From Faecalibaculum rodentium (GTDB lineage Bacteria; Bacillota_I; Bacilli_A; Erysipelotrichales; Erysipelotrichaceae): 32,000 bases of DNA. Every line of letters begins with the position of its first letter. Positions within the stretch are counted from its first letter, which is position 1. Below the pieces are notes generated by a model that was not told the origin of the DNA, did not search any database, and worked only from the letters and a program-made list of their open reading frames with translations. This document shows positions 30,070-32,000 of the stretch, in pieces. The stretch covers positions 1,920,001 through 1,952,000 of the forward strand of contig NZ_CP011391.1 in the NCBI RefSeq assembly GCF_001564455.1. Direction: 5' to 3'. A program made the position numbers and the translations under genes.

Positions 30070-30819
30070 TTACACTTCGTAGAAATCCAGCAGATCTGCA
30101 GGTTTCAGTTTCTTCTTCTCTTCCCCCGAAAAATCCTGAGTGATCTTCCCGTCATTGAAAATCAGCAGCCGGTCCCCGTTGGTCAGGGCATCCGTCATGT
30201 TGTGCGTGATCATCAGTGCCGTCATGTGTTCCCGTCTCACGAGATCATTGGTGATTTCCAGGATCTTCCGGGCACTCTTGGGATCCAGTGCCGCCGTATG
30301 TTCATCCAGCAGCAGCAGCTTCGGCGGATTGAGCACCGCCATCATCAGCGCGACCGCCTGTCTCTGTCCGCCGGAAAGCAGACCGATGGGGGTCTTCAAG
30401 CGGTCTTCCAGTCCCATGTCCAGTGTCTTGAGCTTTTCCCGGAACAGCGCCTGTTCCTCTTTCCGGATTGCCCGGGAGAAAGGTCCCCGGCTTCTGGAAT
30501 ACGCCAGGGCCAGGTTTTCCTCCACCGTCAGACGCGGTGCGGTGCCATGTTCGGGGTTCTGGAACAGCCGGCCGATGCTGCGGCTGCGCACATGTTCCTT
30601 CTGCGCCGTGATGTCCTGTCCATCCAGGACAATGGTTCCTTCGGCAGCCGGCGCTGCGCCGGTGATCACATTGAAGAACGTGGATTTCCCCGCGCCGTTG
30701 GAGCCGAGCACTGTCACGAACTGCCCCTCCGGAATATGCACGGACACCTCATCCAGTGCCCGTTTTTCCAGGGACGTCCCCTGGTTGAATATCACGCTGA
30801 CGTCCTTGAGTTCAAGCAT
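30070..30819 (-). CDS. ABC transporter ATP-binding protein (ABC.X4 / BMP-like uptake system type)
   Basis: Walker A GSNGAGKST, signature LSGGQRQ, Walker B LLLLDEHTAALD. Overlaps the permease gene by 8 nt. Confidence 0.9.
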   Translation of the reverse strand: MLELKDVSVIFNQGTSLEKRALDEVSVHIPEGQFVTVLGSNGAGKSTFFNVITGAAPAAEGTIVLDGQDITAQKEHVRSRSIGRLFQNPEHGTAPRLTVEENLALAYSRSRGPFSRAIRKEEQALFREKLKTLDMGLEDRLKTPIGLLSGGQRQAVALMMAVLNPPKLLLLDEHTAALDPKSARKILEITNDLVRREHMTALMITHNMTDALTNGDRLLIFNDGKITQDFSGEEKKKLKPADLLDFYEV

Positions 30820-31678
30820 GGCTGCCTCGTTTCTTTTTCAGTTTCTGGAGATGCGGAATGGAAATCGTGACTGCCACGAGCACGGCGCTGACCAGGTTCA
30901 TGTCCGTGGCCGGGAACCCCAGCTGCAGGGCCAGAGTATACAGCAGGCGGTACAGGATCGCACCGGTGATCGAAGCCGCCAGACCGAACCCGATGCCAGA
31001 CCGGCGAAAGACTGCCTCACCGATGATGATTCCCGCCAGGCCAAGCACCAGCATACCGGTGCCGCCGGTCACATCCGCAAATTTCTGGAACTGCACCAGC
31101 AGTGCGCCGGAGAGCGCCACCAGACCATTGGACAGGGCGAATCCCAGGAACTTCATGGAATCCACATTCACGGAAGACGACCGGATCATTTCCTCGTTGT
31201 CCCCGGCCGCCCGGAGCATGAGGCCCAGGTTGGTCTTGAAGAAAGCGTACATGAGCAGGGCAATCAGCGCCACGATGGCAATGAGCACGTACAGCACCGT
31301 GGCCGGGTTGTTCAGGATCGTGGGTTTGGGCACAGCATACAGAGACACATTGGGGGCGCCCTGCATGATGCGCAGGTTCACGGAATACAGTGCCGTCATG
31401 GTCAGGATTCCCGCCAGGAGCCCCTGGATCTTCATCTTCGTCTGCAGGAACGCCGTGACGCAGCCGCACAGCAGGCCCGCCACAAATGCTGCAGCCAGGC
31501 CAAGATTCGGGAAACCGGCCAGTGTCAGCATCGCAGCTGTGCATCCGCCGGTCACAAAGGAACCGTCCACCGTCAAATCCGGGGAATCCATGACCTTCAC
31601 GGTAATGTACTCACCCAAAGAAAGGACTGAAAAGATCAGTCCCAGTTCAACGGCGCGTATGATCACGCCAGTACTCAT
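30812..31678 (-). CDS. ABC transporter permease (ABC.X4 type)
   Basis: 288 aa, multi-TM. The start overlaps the binding-protein stop as ATGA. Confidence 0.85.
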   Translation of the reverse strand: MSTGVIIRAVELGLIFSVLSLGEYITVKVMDSPDLTVDGSFVTGGCTAAMLTLAGFPNLGLAAAFVAGLLCGCVTAFLQTKMKIQGLLAGILTMTALYSVNLRIMQGAPNVSLYAVPKPTILNNPATVLYVLIAIVALIALLMYAFFKTNLGLMLRAAGDNEEMIRSSSVNVDSMKFLGFALSNGLVALSGALLVQFQKFADVTGGTGMLVLGLAGIIIGEAVFRRSGIGFGLAASITGAILYRLLYTLALQLGFPATDMNLVSAVLVAVTISIPHLQKLKKKRGSHA

Positions 31679-32000
31679 TCAGCTGTTTCTCCTTCTGTCT
31701 GGTCGTCAGTTTTTTCCGTCACCATGATCAGCTTGTCGTTGTTCTTCACTTCAGCCGGGAGTTCGATGCCCAGATCCTTCAGGTCCTTCTCGTTGACATA
31801 GACATTCAGGTCATCCTTGAAGACCTTGACCGGAATCTCCCCGGCTTTTTTTCCGTTCAGCACATCCACGACCATTTTCGCTGTTTCGCGGCCGAGCTGT
31901 TCGTAGTCAATGCCCACTGTGGCAAAGCCGCCGTCCTGAACCATGGAATCCGCGCCGACAAAATACGGCACTTTGTGGTCCAGTGCAATCTGCGACAGGG
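31675..32000 (-). CDS. ABC transporter substrate-binding protein (ABC_sub_bind-like), 3' part only; gene continues beyond the window
   Basis: The frame is open to the window edge (..IALDHKVPYFVGADSMVQDGGFATVGIDYEQLGRETAKMVVDVLNGKKAGEIPV..). Confidence 0.7.
   Translation of the reverse strand, partial: LSQIALDHKVPYFVGADSMVQDGGFATVGIDYEQLGRETAKMVVDVLNGKKAGEIPVKVFKDDLNVYVNEKDLKDLGIELPAEVKNNDKLIMVTEKTDDQTEGETAE

Noticed and set aside
27893-31727. Long plus-strand ORFs (533, 496 and 289 aa) over the Na/Pi and ABC transporter genes
   Set aside because: These are shadow ORFs antisense to genes with clear Walker/signature and transporter motifs. Their composition is not protein-like.

Overview
GC-rich (by eye high-50s %, not computed) Firmicutes-style chromosomal segment: GGAGG-type RBSs, CCA-encoding tRNAs, many ATGA start/stop overlaps, most genes on the minus strand. 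Left to right: VanZ-like protein; a monocistronic 987-aa HKD-nuclease/SF2-helicase/DUF3427 fusion; a PNPOx-family flavoprotein; a PPK2 with a long disordered tail and a reading-frame problem; a minus-strand run of CNNM/CorC transporter, EamA transporter and Uup-like ABC-F ATPase; a self-terminated infA plus divergent rpoA unit lying outside any ribosomal-protein context; and an MreB-like protein with degenerate nucleotide-binding motifs. Two tRNA clusters (Val-Tyr-Gln-Gly and Val-Thr-Lys-Gly) share identical Val and Gly genes and bracket about 13 kb that looks accessory. That segment holds a decayed IS1182-like element, a licT / PTS-EIIBCA / 6-phospho-beta-glucosidase operon with a clear promoter-RAT-terminator attenuator, a translationally coupled DUF1848 (Cx3Cx2C) plus UDG-like pair, an ISL3-type IS with a zinc-ribbon accessory ORF and a 9-bp target duplication, and a DeoR / OmpR-type response regulator / histidine kinase / small acidic anchored protein operon. 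The right end carries a small membrane ORF, a Na/Pi cotransporter, a 71-aa hypothetical and an ABC.X4-type transporter (the binding-protein gene runs off the window). No CRISPR array, rRNA or recognisable canonical defence operon is present. The best candidates for something undescribed are the HKD-helicase-DUF3427 single-gene unit, the DUF1848/UDG-like pair and the orphan infA/rpoA-like unit. All family calls rest on motif recognition by eye; no searches were run.
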